A DNA stretch of 64,000 bases from Octopus bimaculoides (taxonomy: Eukaryota): NCBI RefSeq assembly GCF_001194135.2, contig NC_068982.1, forward strand, positions 6,283,617 to 6,347,616, read 5' to 3'. Shown piece after piece: positions 49,846 through 62,898 of the stretch. The position numbers and the translations under genes are program-made. Below the pieces are notes generated by a model. It saw only the letters and a program-made list of their open reading frames with translations, searched no databases and was not told where the DNA came from. Every line of letters starts with the position of its first letter. Position 1 is the first letter of the stretch.

Positions 49846-51049
49846 CATGATTAGTCCCAACGCACGAAGCTCTCGGATTTTGAATCACTCTGTTCTGCTA
49901 AATATTAATAAAAATATAACTTAATGGCATTCTATAGGATGCGGTATGTTTTTGTGTGTGTATGCGTGTGTATGTGTGTGTATATACATGTGTGCTTATA
50001 TGTGCGTGTGTGTGCCTGTATCAATAGTATTCCAGTTTAGTTGAAGTGGAAATTTGTCTGGACGGTTAGTAATATAGGAAGCCTTGTGTTTGCAATGCGT
50101 TGATTATGAGCGGACATAGTTATTGTTTCGCCCCAGAAATATGATAAAGGCACGCCGGCAGTGAATATCTTATTATTTTGTGTATCGAGCCCTAAGCTGT
50201 CCAGTATTCCCTTACTTCTAAGGCGGAAGGTATTTTTCTTTCATAGTTAAGGAAGAGTTGGCTGCTATCTATAATGGATCGAACTTCGTTGGTTTGTGTG
50301 AGGTTGTCATGAGAGATCATTAACGATTGTGAAGCCAAGTGTTTATATAGAATTTGATGGTCTTAATGGTACGTTGGTCAAGTGTAAAATGGCGAATTAC
50401 AAAATTGTTTCCCTGACACAAAGCAATTGTTAATAGGTATTTTCAAAAGAAACTACGTTGTTATATGAACACTGAAGGGTATTTTAATGTCTCGCTTCAT
50501 AGAAAGACTGTAATTATGGACGGTTGAAAGTAGGTTTCCTACAGATTACTTCTGTCATAGTTTTTCGACCTGCATAAAAATGCATATAATGTCATGTAGA
50601 TTTTTCAGGTACAGAAGAAAATCACAACTAGAACCGAACAGTCATTTAATTCATTTAATGTAATTGATCGAATATGGGTGGTGATCAGCCATGTTAGAGA
50701 GCATTATAGCAGAGACGAGACAGCAAAATTACGATCCTAGGTATTTCAGCGAAGAAGTTTATTTCGGTGATTCTGCTACTCCACACATCCAAAAACGACG
50801 TTTTCGATAGGAAGTATTTGAGAGAATTACAGTCTCAAGGAAATTAAAGAGTAAGCGTTCATGACCAAATAGCAGAAGAACGAAACCATTGTTAGTAAGG
50901 ATCCAAACCTATATCTTTGAACATGTTCTAAGAGTTGATATTTACAGCCCACTGTCACCAAAATTTAAGACAAAAAGAGTAAAATCATTATAGTAACTGA
51001 TTTTATGTCATTATATATTAGTAAAGCAGCAATATACCCACAAATGTAA

Positions 51050-51262
51050 AGCAGCGAGCCGGTAGAATCGTTAGCACGCCGGGCGAAATGCTTAGCGGTA
51101 TTTCGTCAGTCTTTGCATTCTGAGTTCAAATTCCGCCGAGGTCGACATTGCCTTTTATTCTTTCGGGGGTCGATAAATTAAGTACCAATTGCGTACTTTC
51201 GTCGATCTAATCGACTGGCCCCTCCCTAAAAATTCCGGGCCTTGTACCTAGAGTAGAAAGGA
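51050..51262 (+). mobile_element. SINE family A (tail type 2)
   Basis: Same structure as 28517-28730. Confidence 0.92.
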
Positions 51263-51439
51263 AAATACCCACAAATAAATCTTATAAAAATTGATGTGTT
51301 ATAATCGAGCTTATTAAGCATTGGTCGGCCGCATATATTTTAGGAGTAACTAAGATTACACCTGCCAGTTTGTTTTCACATTTTAAATTGGTGGAGTCTG
51401 ATTCAAAAGAGATTAAGTTTCTATTTTAAGCAAGTTGAA

Positions 51440-51783
51440 AAAAGTAGCTGCGTGGTAAGTAGCTTGCTTCCCAGCCACATGGTTCCGGGTTCAGTCACAC
51501 TGCGTGGCACCTTGGGCAAGTGTCTTCTACTAAAGACTTGTGAGTGGATTTGGTAGACGGAAACTGAAAGAAGCCCGTCGTGTATATGTATGCATGTGTG
51601 TATCTGTGTTTGTCTCCCATCATCGCTTGACAACCGATGTTAGTGTGCTTACGTCTCATCAAAAGAGATCGATAGATTAAGTACTAGGCTTACAAAGAAT
51701 AAGTCCTGGGGTTGATTTCTTCGACTAAAGGCGGTGCTGCAGCATGGCCGCAGTCACATGACTGAAACAAGCAGAAGAGTAAA
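51440..51783 (+). mobile_element. SINE family B
   Basis: Head to tail with small deletions. Confidence 0.9.
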
Positions 51784-52017
51784 ACGAATTTTAATTGGTA
51801 AGATATAAGAATAGACAGAACAAACATATAAGCGAACCAACTCAACAGGGGTTTTTCTTTCCACGTCAATTAAAAAGAAAGGAGACATTAATGTCTAGAG
51901 GAAGACATTTGCAAATTCAGAAACAGAAATTAATATAAAGTGTAAGACTCACACAAACGCACCCAAAGAAACAGACACACAACACACAAATATATATATA
52001 CGCACACATATGCATCA

Positions 52018-52059
<42 letters not shown>

Positions 52060-53379
52060 TTAGGGTATCTAAGAAATACCACCATGCTTGAAATAGCAGC
52101 CAAAACCTTGATTCTAAAANNNNNNNNNNNNNNNNNNNNNNNNNNNNNNNNNNNNNNNNNNNNNNNNNNNNNNNNNNNNNNNNNNNNNNNNNNNNNNNNN
52201 NNNNNNNNNNNNNNNNNNNNNNNNNNNNNNNNNNNNNNNNNNNNNNNNNNNNNNNNNNNNNNNNNNNNNNNNNNNNNNNNNNNNNNNNNNNNNNNNNNNN
52301 NNNNNNNNNNNNNNNNNNNNNNNNNNNNNNNNNNNNNNNNNNNNNNNNNNNNNNNNNNNNNNNNNNNNNNNNNNNNNNNNNNNNNNNNNNNNNNNNNNNN
52401 NNNNNNNNNNNNNNNNNNNNNNNNNNNNNNNNNNNNNNNNNNNNNNNNNNNNNNNNNNNNNNNNNNNNNNNNNNNNNNNNNNNNNNNNNNNNNNNNNNNN
52501 NNNNNNNNNNNNNNNNNNNNNNNNNNNNNNNNNNNNNNNNNNNNNNNNNNNNNNNNNNNNNNNNNNNNNNNNNNNNNNNNNNNNNNNNNNNNNNNNNNNN
52601 NNNNNNNNNNNNNNNNNNNNNNNNNNNNNNNNNNNNNNNNNNNNNNNNNNNNNNNNNNNNNNNNNNNNNNNNNNNNNNNNNNNNNNNNNNNNNNNNNNNN
52701 NNNNNNNNNNNNNNNNNNNNNNNNNNNNNNNNNNNNNNNNNNNNNNNNNNNNNNNNNNNNNNNNNNNNNNNNNNNNNNNNNNNNNNNNNNNNNNNNNNNN
52801 NNNNNNNNNNNNNNNNNNNNNNNNNNNNNNNNNNNNNNNNNNNNNNNNNNNNNNNNNNNNNNNNNNNNNNNNNNNNNNNNNNNNNNNNNNNNNNNNNNNN
52901 NNNNNNNNNNNNNNNNNNNNNNNNNNNNNNNNNNNNNNNNNNNNNNNNNNNNNNNNNNNNNNNNNNNNNNNNNNNNNNNNNNNNNNNNNNNNNNNNNNNN
53001 NNNNNNNNNNNNNNNNNNNNNNNNNNNNNNNNNNNNNNNNNNNNNNNTATATATATATGGGTGTACACGCATGTGTTTCACGCGAGTGTGAGTGAGCATA
53101 TGCATATATAGCATGTGCGTATTTTAGACGTGTATTTGAAGATAATTGTGTGTGTATGGGTATGTGCACATGTGTGTGTGTGCGCGCGTGTGTGCAGATA
53201 TGTATGTGTGTATATGCATGGTTGCATATATATGAGCATATATAGGCGCATATGTGGGTGTGCATATATTAATTTCACGCGAGTGTGAATGATCATATAC
53301 ATATAGACACAAGTACGTGGGTGTGCGTGTGCGCATGTGTATGTATGGACATGCGCGCTTACGCGATTTCTGGGAGCAT

Positions 53380-53630
53380 TTTTATTTCCTTACTTGTTTA
53401 CTTTCTCCCCTTCGGTTTTTTCCCTTTATCTAACGGTCATTCTAATAGCTCTTTTGTCTTAATAACGGTCAATTACATAGTAATTTCCCTCTGTTTAACG
53501 GTCATTTTCATAGCATTTTTTTGATTGCCTCTTTAGCTGACGAGATGCCGGAGCAGTTTCCCGTCCCGACATCCGAAACTCGGAGTCTTATTATGGCAAC
53601 CAAATAATTGTCATATATTTTATTACAGAT
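53380..53630 (+). mobile_element. Probable PLE-type 3' terminus (family 3)
   Basis: Pyrimidine-rich tract, then HHR, then a short tail running into (TA)n; this layout is typical of PLE pseudo-LTRs (inference). Confidence 0.45.
53521..53603 (+). ncRNA. Type I hammerhead ribozyme motif, near-canonical core
   Basis: Stem I distal TTGATTGCC(53521-29)/GGCAACCAA(53595-603), internal loop TCTT/TTAT, basal TAG/TTA; core CTGACGA 53537-43; stem II GATG...CATC (53544-73) plus one extra C; GAAA 53575-78; stem III ACT-cgg-AGT; cleavage triplet GTC 53585-87. Confidence 0.75.
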
Positions 53631-54104
53631 ATATATATATATATATNNNNNNNNNNNNNNNNNNNNNNNNNNNNNNNNNNNNNNNNNNNNNNNNNNNNNN
53701 NNNNNNNNNNNNNNNNNNNNNNNNNNNNNNNNNNNNNNNNNNNNNNNNNNNNNNNNNNNNNNNNNNNNNNNNNNNNNNNNNNNNNNNNNNNNNNNNNNNN
53801 NNNNNNNNNNNNNNNNNNNNNNNNNNNNNNNNNNNNNNNNNNNNNNNNNNNNNNNNNNNNNNNNNNNNNNNNNNNNNNNNNNNNNNNNNNNNNNNNNNNN
53901 NNNNNNNNNNNNNNNNNNNNNNNNNNNNNNNNNNNNNNNNNNNNNNNNNNNNNNNNNNNNNNNNNNNNNNNNNNNNNNNNNNNNNNNNNNNNNNNNNNNN
54001 NNNNNNNNNNNNNNNNNNNNNNNNNNNNNNNNNNNNNNNNNNNNNNNNNNNNNNNNNNNNNNNAGTTCTTGAAACTTGGTTATTTTCCCTAAAACTATAT
54101 ATTT

Positions 54105-54137
<33 letters not shown>

Positions 54138-54163
54138 TTAAGGAAAGAGAGACACACGGACAA

Positions 54164-54241
<78 letters not shown>

Positions 54242-55387
54242 GCAAATGTCTGAGTGACACTGCTTGTTCGTTTGAGTAAGACCATTCCTTCAGTTATAAA
54301 TAAGAGTGAATAAGAAGATTTTTAGAATCTTTCCACAAGACAAATTGTCTGCGTTGAGATACGATACAGCAAAAGAGAACTTGTACATATATATCGTATT
54401 TATCCAATCAATTATTTCACTTCAATTCTGACACTATGTACTACTGCATGCTTGTATGTGTGTGTATCAAGTTCACAATTTCAATTAATTTTATTTTCTG
54501 TTTCTTGAAATTGTGCAAGATAGTGAAAATATTTTCAGTATAATTATTTAAAAAAAAAAGTAATATACTGAAAATAGTTTTACAAATAGCAATCTATTTC
54601 TCATGATAACAAATCTATAGAGTGAAAGGCTTTAAATAGATAAAGGTATTCTGTTTCACATATACTTTTCCTTTAGTTGTCTCAGAAAGAAATATGCGCA
54701 AGTGTTTGTAAAAAAAAACACCCTTCATGAAATGGTATCCATTAAGTTACAATCAAAATTGTTCATATAAAGCATAAGCTGATTAGGAACGAATGTATTT
54801 TATTCACAGTAATAATGGTTTTTATTGCAGATCGGCTCTGATCGAACAAACATAGAACTTAATATTCTAGTCACGATCATCACATCGTTTTTCATATGTG
54901 TTGGAAATCCAGGTTCAAGTTATTAAGTGTATCTTTTCCAAAACGGTGTGATTTGAAAAAAGATTTCGTTGCTGTTTGCAGCTGGTTGAGTGAAAGATAA
55001 CGTTGGACTGGTTCTAGCTCAGATATTGGAGAAGATGCAAACCTCGTTTCCAGAATAGGCAAACCCCGTTTCCACATTTTTTAAACCATTTTGCGTGTGA
55101 TGTCCCTTTCGCAACAGTTTGTTGTTAAGATCACTTTCATTAGTTCAGACTTTCCTCCGTTTATTTCGGTCAAAAACAGTTGAAATGCCTCACAAAGACG
55201 TTCAACTTTTGACACTGCCCACTGTTTGGTTAGACAGATAATTAATGGAAAACGTGTTGCATCATCACGTTTTTGTTACTCTTTCCAATCAGTATATTAG
55301 GATTTACTATTTACATCCGTTATCTATCTGTCTGTCTGTCTGTCTGTCCGTCCGTCCATCCATCCATCTATCTATCTATCTATCTAA

Positions 55388-55426
<39 letters not shown>

Positions 55427-55729
55427 GTGAGTTAGAGATTGAGAAACCAACTAAGGGATAGTACCTATCCAATATACTGCTGGTAGTGTACCCAATTATT
55501 CATACCCAAGTGCTAGTTATTGCGTGGCAATCTCGCAATTGTGTGTTATATATGGGCGGGGATAAAAAGTGGTTTACCCTTAATTTATACTGCAAATAAG
55601 AAAATGGAGAGGATACAAAAACGACTAGTACATGTGTATGTATTCTTCTAATACATTCTAATACAATAGAATAATGTCTACCGGCTGATGTATGTCGCTT
55701 TTGCATCCTCTCCATTTTCTTATTTGCCG

Positions 55730-55760
<31 letters not shown>

Positions 55761-55849
55761 NNNNNNNNNNATATATATATATATACATATATATATACAT
55801 GCATACAAACATACATAAGTACGTGCGTACATGGCATACATACATAAAT

Positions 55850-56230
55850 GGCAGTGTGGTAATGAGTTTGGTTTCCGTACATGGGGTTTCAGGTTCAGTT
55901 CCACTGCATGGCATCTAGAGAGAGTGTCTTTTACTATATCCCCAACTTACCAAAAGCTTGCGAGTGGATTTGGTAGTCAAAAAGTAAAAAAACGCTTGTA
56001 CATGTGTGTGTGCGCGCGCGCGCGCGTGTGCGTGCGTGTGTGTGTGCATGCGTGCGTGTGTGTCTTTATATTTGTCCCCAAGGAGTGCTTGACAACTGGT
56101 GCAACTTAATGTTCAGTAAAGCATGGCTGATAGAAAAACCATCATGTTTAAAAAGAAGTACAGGGGGCAAGCTGTTCGACTAAACCCTTTAAGGCAGCGC
56201 CCCAGTATAGCCGCAGCCCAAAAGATAAAA
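55850..56230 (+). mobile_element. SINE family B (old)
   Basis: Diverged head GGTTCAGTTCCACTGC, (TG/CG)n core and tail. Confidence 0.75.
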
Positions 56231-57399
56231 GATCATTTATATTTTTCTGTATTCGCTATCTGTTCCTCGTTCTTAGAACATCTATAAAGGAATAAATGTC
56301 GTTTTCTATTGCTTTTGCCTTGTAAATCCTGCCAACTCCTGCATTTGTATTTCTTAGTCTTGTTTCTCCTTTTGGATTAAACATCGATTTGCACCTCAAG
56401 ATTCATCAATTCCAGTACATGAAAAGGAATCAGAAAAAGAAAAGAGATATTTATTTGTAGTTTTGTGTCGTTGTTGTTGTTGCACTCATCAGATTCTTTT
56501 TCCAAAACGATAGCTATGGATTCTTTCTGTGTTCAATTTTAGTGTCGTTTATTGTTTCAAGTTCTTCTGTCTTTTCTTTACGTTTAGATACATTCATTTA
56601 CTTCTTGTTGTTACTATAACTGTTGTGATTCCATTTCTGCTGTTGGTTATAATAAACGTCAATTTTTTCGAAACCGTCAGATAACTTTCGAGCAATCCCT
56701 GCTTCCATACTTCGCTTTATAGCACTTTGACTTCTTTCCAGCAACTAATACACGAATGTCATGTAGTATATAACACAACACAACACAGGCTTGCAGGTGT
56801 TAGCATATCCCCAACCTTCGATTTATCTCCAACCAGGCAGTTTATGAATATTTCATCGAACAGTGATAAGCTAAAACTCTAAGTATTAGTAAAAAGATAT
56901 CTGACGTGCAAAAGTCGATGGAATACGTTGTCTTGTATTCTTCATTACACAACAAAATTTATTCCAAAAGTTTTCATGAAAAACCATTCGGCGCTCTTCG
57001 TTTTGTTAAACCTATTTTAGGCGACATTCTTAGAAACCCATTTTTCTTCTTCCCTCGACAGTTATATTGCTGGATAAATATATACACGGGGAAGCTTAGT
57101 GAAAGTGGATTTTGTTGGATAAAATTTTCTGTACAACGACATGCATCTTCAGCCAGCTGGTGTTGCTATTTCAGGTTGATGACGAACAATGACTCAGAAA
57201 CATGTCCCTGAATGCAGATTAGGCTGGGTGGGGGTGCTTGTCTCCCCCTCGCAAATATAAGGACACAGGAAATGTGTCAAAGCCGACAGGAAGCGGTCCA
57301 GCTACCTAGGGCTAAATAGCAGCAGTATAATTCTCTTATTGGGACTGTCACATTAAGTTGACAGTATACAAATATGATTTAACATGTCTGAAAGGTATA

Positions 57400-57560
57400 A
57401 GGCGGTGAGCTTAGCAGCACTTCGTCCGTCTTTATGTCCTGGTTTCAAATTCTACCGAGGTCGACTTTGCATTTCATCCTTTCGGTGTCGAGCTCTGGGC
57501 ACGATCTAATCGATTTCCCCACCCACCCTCTAAATTGCTGGGCTCTTACCAAAATGTTAG
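57400..57560 (+). mobile_element. SINE family A, internally deleted
   Basis: Head, body and tail blocks present with two deletions. Confidence 0.8.
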
Positions 57561-57654
57561 ACCAATGTATCTGAAACATGACATCATTTATTCTTTAAAT
57601 ATAAGAAGTGAATGATTATGAAGATTCCTTGTTGCTGGTAATAGATATTTAAAG

Positions 57655-57782
57655 CTTCTTCTTCTTCTTCTTCTTCTTCTTCTTCTTCTTCTTCTTCTTC
57701 TTCTTCTTCTTTTTTTCTTCTTCTTCTTCTTCTTCTTCTTCTTCTTCTTCTTCTTCTGATGATGATGATGATGATGATGATG

Positions 57783-57823
<41 letters not shown>
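57655..57823. repeat. Compound trinucleotide microsatellite (CTT)n(GAT)9(CAT)13
   Basis: Read directly from sequence. Confidence 0.97.
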
Positions 57824-57824
<1 letters not shown>

Positions 57825-58353
57825 TTGATGAGTGAGTGATGGGAATGGGGTGCTGATGTTTAACACCTGGCCTACCTTCAGTCAGCGATACACGTGACAT
57901 TCTAATTAAAATTTTGTCCTTTTATTGATTTATTTTTTCTTAAGATAGAGGCAGGTAGGCTTGAGGGACATTTAGTTGCTTGTTTTAGCAGGTGAAATGA
58001 CCAGGAAAAGATTATTTTGCCGGCTCGTAAAGAGCTGTGAAATCGGTTTGGATTATTGTCGGAATTACAAGCAAGCTAAACGGCAAAATACAAATGTACG
58101 TACCTGTGCTTCAGAAGTTTTGTCACACGATTCTAAGAGACATGTGTGTTCGTTGGATCTGTTACGACATAGGTGCTGCAGGTTCCATTAAAATATTTAA
58201 TAAGCTGAAGATTAAGCTGGCAACAGAAGACAGATATATTGGAATCTGATCTAAGTGTATTTGACCTCACAGAATTTAACAAATACAGAATCTGACAAGT
58301 TGAGATTCATAAATAAGAGAATAATTTAACAGCATTTGTGCGTGTGCGTGTGC

Positions 58354-58415
<62 letters not shown>

Positions 58416-58680
58416 CAGAGAAAGAGAGAGAGGGAAAAGGAAGGGAAGAGTGAGCGAGAACAAAGGCTGAAAGGTAAATAGTGAAAAGTGTGGGCGCATC
58501 AGTATGTTTGTAAGGTTAGGCTTGGTGCGCGCGCGCGTGTGTGTGCGTATGCCTTGTCTGTATTTGATTCAATAAGACTATGAGAGTTAGATTAAAATAT
58601 ATACACATGAACAGGTGCAAATCAGTGCAGGAGGTTAAGGTATCAACGTTCATGACAGACACATAGAAAAATAGACAGAT

Positions 58681-58731
<51 letters not shown>

Positions 58732-58754
58732 TAGATAGATAGAGAGAAGGAAAA

Positions 58755-58803
<49 letters not shown>

Positions 58804-60574
58804 AAATAGATAGATATAAATAGATAGATAGATAGATAGATAGATAGATTCTAAGAAATACTAGTGTTGCATTCTTCAGTAATTCTATTTCGATTTTCTT
58901 GGTTCAATAAATGGTCATGCATTATAATACATTTCTTTGATTTAAGTAAATCTTTTTGATTCTGGGAATCTAAATTACTGTTTGGATGAAAAGTCAACGT
59001 TGTCTTTGTAGTTTATTAATTTCCATAATCTTTTAATACAAATAAATCTATTCTCATATTTCTTTGTGAATAGAACATATAAACTTTGATTCTTAATATG
59101 TTTTCTGATACATATTTGAAAAAAAAGTAGAGGAATTTGCTACGCTTATCATTTCAACATGAATAAATCCGCCAGGCACGAAGCAGTAAAAGAAACAAAA
59201 AAAGAAAGAAAATGCATAATCAAAGAGGTCAGGATGTAAACAGTTTCTTTTTTTCCATTGAAAGCTGATTCAAGGAATCGTCCAAAGGCAAGATTGTTGC
59301 TTTGCTCTTCCATTTATAGCAGCCGTTTGTTCTTTCGTTACTCAGGATTCCCGAAGGAGACTCTTCAAACAGAANNNNNNNNNNNNNNNNNNNNNNNNNN
59401 NNNNNNNNNNNNNNNNNNNNNNNNNNNNNNNNNNNNNNNNNNNNNNNNNNNNNNNNNNNNNNNNNNNNNNNNNNNNNNNNNNNNNNNNNNNNNNNNNNNN
59501 NNNNNNNNNNNNNNNNNNNNNNNNNNNNNNNNNNNNNNNNNNNNNNNNNNNNNNNNNNNNNNNNNNNNNNNNNNNNNNNNNNNNNNNNNNNNNNNNNNNN
59601 NNNNNNNNNNNNNNNNNNNNNNNNNNNNNNNNNNNNNNNNNNNNNNNNNNNNNNNNNNNNNNNNNNNNNNNNNNNNNNNNNNNNNNNNNNNNNNNNNNNN
59701 NNNNNNNNNNNNNNNNNNNNNNNNNNNNNNNNNNNNNNNNNNNNNNNNNNNNNNNNNNNNNNNNNNNNNNNNNNNNNNNNNNNNNNNNNNNNNNNNNNNN
59801 NNNNNNNNNNNNNNNNNNNNNNNNNNNNNNNNNNNNNNNNTATATATATATATATTATTTATATCATTATATGATCGAATGCCACGCATCCATTTCCAAG
59901 TAAGTTTTATCTTAATAATTCCGATGCGACACTATTCTATCACTATCTGTTTCTCTCTCTCTTCTTCCTTCTATATTCTTTTTTCTCTCCCACCATTCCT
60001 CTAATTCTTCTCCTCCCCTTAACCATTCTCTATCTGTCCCTCACTCTTCCTCCTTGACTTTCGCATTGCTCACACGTGACCAGCGGCCATCTTTCTTCTC
60101 CTAACTCGAATTCCTTTCTTTCTTCTCGTTCAGCTACAAGGGAAGCTCGCATTTTTGTCTGTCTTTTGTCAAAGCTTGTTTCTCCAGCGTTTTCCACTTC
60201 ACCTCGTTATGGCTTAACAGCCCTTACCTTTGTTTTAACTGTCCTGTTTTTGTTACTATCTTCGACCGTCCGCAAATCGCAAATTTTATTTAATTTGCTT
60301 TGCGGAAGCAGTTGTTTTTGACGAAGAATCATCTTGTCCTAACGCTCGAAATCCGGAGTAGATAAAACAGTGGACAACTGATGAAGGGATTGTTCTTTAT
60401 GTCGCCTGTCTGGTCTTTCTATTTGTTTCTTTCGATGTTCACAAAAAGAATTCGTTTTCCATGTTTTTGTATTTCATGTTCTCATTTTTCATGTTGTTTA
60501 CATTTTTTTGATGTCCTGTACCCATATATGCATGTGTCTATACATATATGTGTAGGTATGTACATGTAGGTATG

Positions 60575-60965
60575 TGTGATAAGTAGCTTGCTAACCAACC
60601 ATGGTCCTGGGTTCAGTCCCACTGCATAGTATCTTGGACAAGTGTCTTCTACTATAGCCTCGGGCCAACTGAAGCCTTGTGAGTGGAATTGGTAGACGGA
60701 AAATGAAAGAAGCCCATCGTATATATGTATATATATATGTGTGTGTGCGTGCGTGTGTATATGTTTGTGTGACTGTGTCCCTCCCCCCAGCATCGCATCA
60801 CAACCAATGCTGGTGTGTTTACGTTCCCATAACTTAGCAGTTTGGCCAAAGAGACCAAAAGAATAAGTATTAGGCTTACAAAGAATAAGCTCTGGGGTCG
60901 ATTTGCTCGACTAAAGGCGGTGCTCCAGCATGGCCGTATTCAAATGACTGAAACAAATAAAAGAG
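60575..60965 (+). mobile_element. SINE family B
   Basis: Head to tail; 3' part repeated after the gap (61094-61215). Confidence 0.9.
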
Positions 60966-61671
60966 CATATATATATATATACATATATGATTATATATAT
61001 AGATATGATTGTATATATANNNNNNNNNNNNNNNNNNNNNNNNNNNNNNNNNNNNNNNNNNNNNNNNNNNNNNNNNNNNNNNNNNNNNNNNNNAAGAATA
61101 AGTATTAGGCTTACAAAGAATAAGCTCTGGGGTCGATTTGCTCGACTAAAGGCGGTGCTCCAGCATGGCCGTATTCAAATGACTGAAACAAATAAAAGAG
61201 CATATATATATATATACATATATATACAATCATATATATGTTCACAAACACACACACACATATATACTATATACATATATTTACACACTCTCATACTCAT
61301 AGATAGATAGATAGATAGATAGATATGAGTTTCGAAGAACACTGGGTAAACAGAACTGAGTACATGAGTATATATATTTTATGGCTTTTGTCGGTATAAG
61401 TTCCAAAGAGAATCAAGGGCCGAAACTTTCGTGCGGCCAATTAAGTCACTTAGTAACTTGAGCCGATGACAATCGCTTTAGTCCCTTGCTGTTCTGGAGT
61501 TTTAACTACGTGTACCAGGAGTCATCAGTTAAGTTATGGCTCAAGATATAACTGTGAGTCACTTGTCCCACGATCATGTGAATACTCAAGCGAAATTCCC
61601 AAGAAGCAAGAGATTGGTATATTCTTTGGATACTTTAATTTCGTATGTTTTATTTCCATCATTCTTTTCTA

Positions 61672-61877
61672 CACTAGGCGCAAGGCCCGAAATTTTGGGG
61701 GAGGGTGTCAGTCGACTAGATCAACTCCAATATGCAACTGGTACTTAATTTATCGACCCCGAAAGGATGAAAGACAAAGTTGACCTTGGTGGAATTTGAA
61801 CTCAGAACATAAAGACAAACGAAATACTGCTAAGCACTTCGCCCGGCGCGCTAACGTTTCTGCCAGCTCACCGCCAT
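61672..61877 (-). mobile_element. SINE family A (tail type 2)
   Basis: Reverse complement of the family A consensus. Confidence 0.9.
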
Positions 61878-61941
61878 TTTTATTCCCATCATTCCGTTTA
61901 TTTCTATGGTTACCAAGGTACTTTTCATATGTATTCAAGTA

Positions 61942-62034
<93 letters not shown>

Positions 62035-62044
62035 TGTGTGTATA

Positions 62045-62470
62045 GGCATAGGTGAAGTTGTGTGGCGAGAAGATTCCTTTCCAACCACATACTCTTAGGT
62101 TCATTCATTTGCCTCGCACTTTGGGAAAGTCTCTTCCACTATAACACCTGGGGCCGACCAAATCCTTTTGAGTGGATTTGGAAGACGGAAACTGGAAGAA
62201 GCCCGTCGTATATAAATGTATACCGATGTGTGTGTGCGTGGGGGTATGTCTGTATTTGTCCCCCACCACTGCTTGATTACCTGAGGTGATAATCTGTTTA
62301 TGTCTCAGTAACTTAGCGTTTCGGCAAAAAGAGACAGACAGAACAAGTGCCAGTCTTAAAAAATAAGTACTGTAATCGATTCATTCGACTAAAATTCTTC
62401 AAGGTGGTGATCCAGCATGGCCACATCTAATGACTGAAACAAGTAAAAGAATGAAAGAATGAAAGAATAC
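62045..62470 (+). mobile_element. SINE family B (diverged head)
   Basis: GGAAACTGGAAGAAGCCCGTCG and CCAGCATGGCC blocks. Confidence 0.85.
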
Positions 62471-62577
62471 GGTGCATGCGTAAAATGTCTACACTACAAC
62501 ATTGTTCCGCATCTCATAATGGTACATTATAAATTCCTCTGAATGTTGATGCTTTACCTGTGTATGAGAAGACATGA

Positions 62578-62898
62578 AGACACGTGGCTAAGTGGTAAGG
62601 GCATTCGGCTCACGACCGTATGGTCATGGGTTCAATTCCTGGCGACGCATTGTGTCCTTGAGCAAGACACTTTATTTCACGTTGCTCCAGTTCACTCAGC
62701 TGGCAAAAATGAGTAGTACCTGTATTTCAAATGGCCAACCTTGTTACATTATGTGTCACGCTGAAGTTCCCAGTGAACTACGTTAAGGGTACACGTGTCT
62801 GTGGAGTGCTCAGCCACTTGCACATTAAATTCACGAGCAAGCTGTTCTGTTGATCGGATCAACTGAAACCCTTGTCGTTGTAACCAACGGAGTGCCAG
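62578..62898 (+). mobile_element. SINE with a distinct head and middle but the family C 3' block
   Basis: Head GTGGCTAAGTGG..GGTTCAATTCC; middle GTGTCCTTGAGCAAGACACTT..CACTCAGCTG; 3' block shared with family C. Confidence 0.85.

Noticed and set aside
57110-57160. Minus-strand CTGAAGA..GAAAATTT possible loopless HHR
   Set aside because: Stem II is poor and stem I does not pair.
59230-59374. Open minus frame LFEESPSGILSNERTNG..KKKLFTS*
   Set aside because: Short, cut by a gap and no recognisable homology.
60859-61215. Duplicated SINE B tail
   Set aside because: Identical copies flank an N gap; assembly artefact.
169-62786. Most ORF-track entries (poly-HT, CV, YI, X-containing)
   Set aside because: They are translations of microsatellites, N gaps or SINE bodies; no domain motifs.
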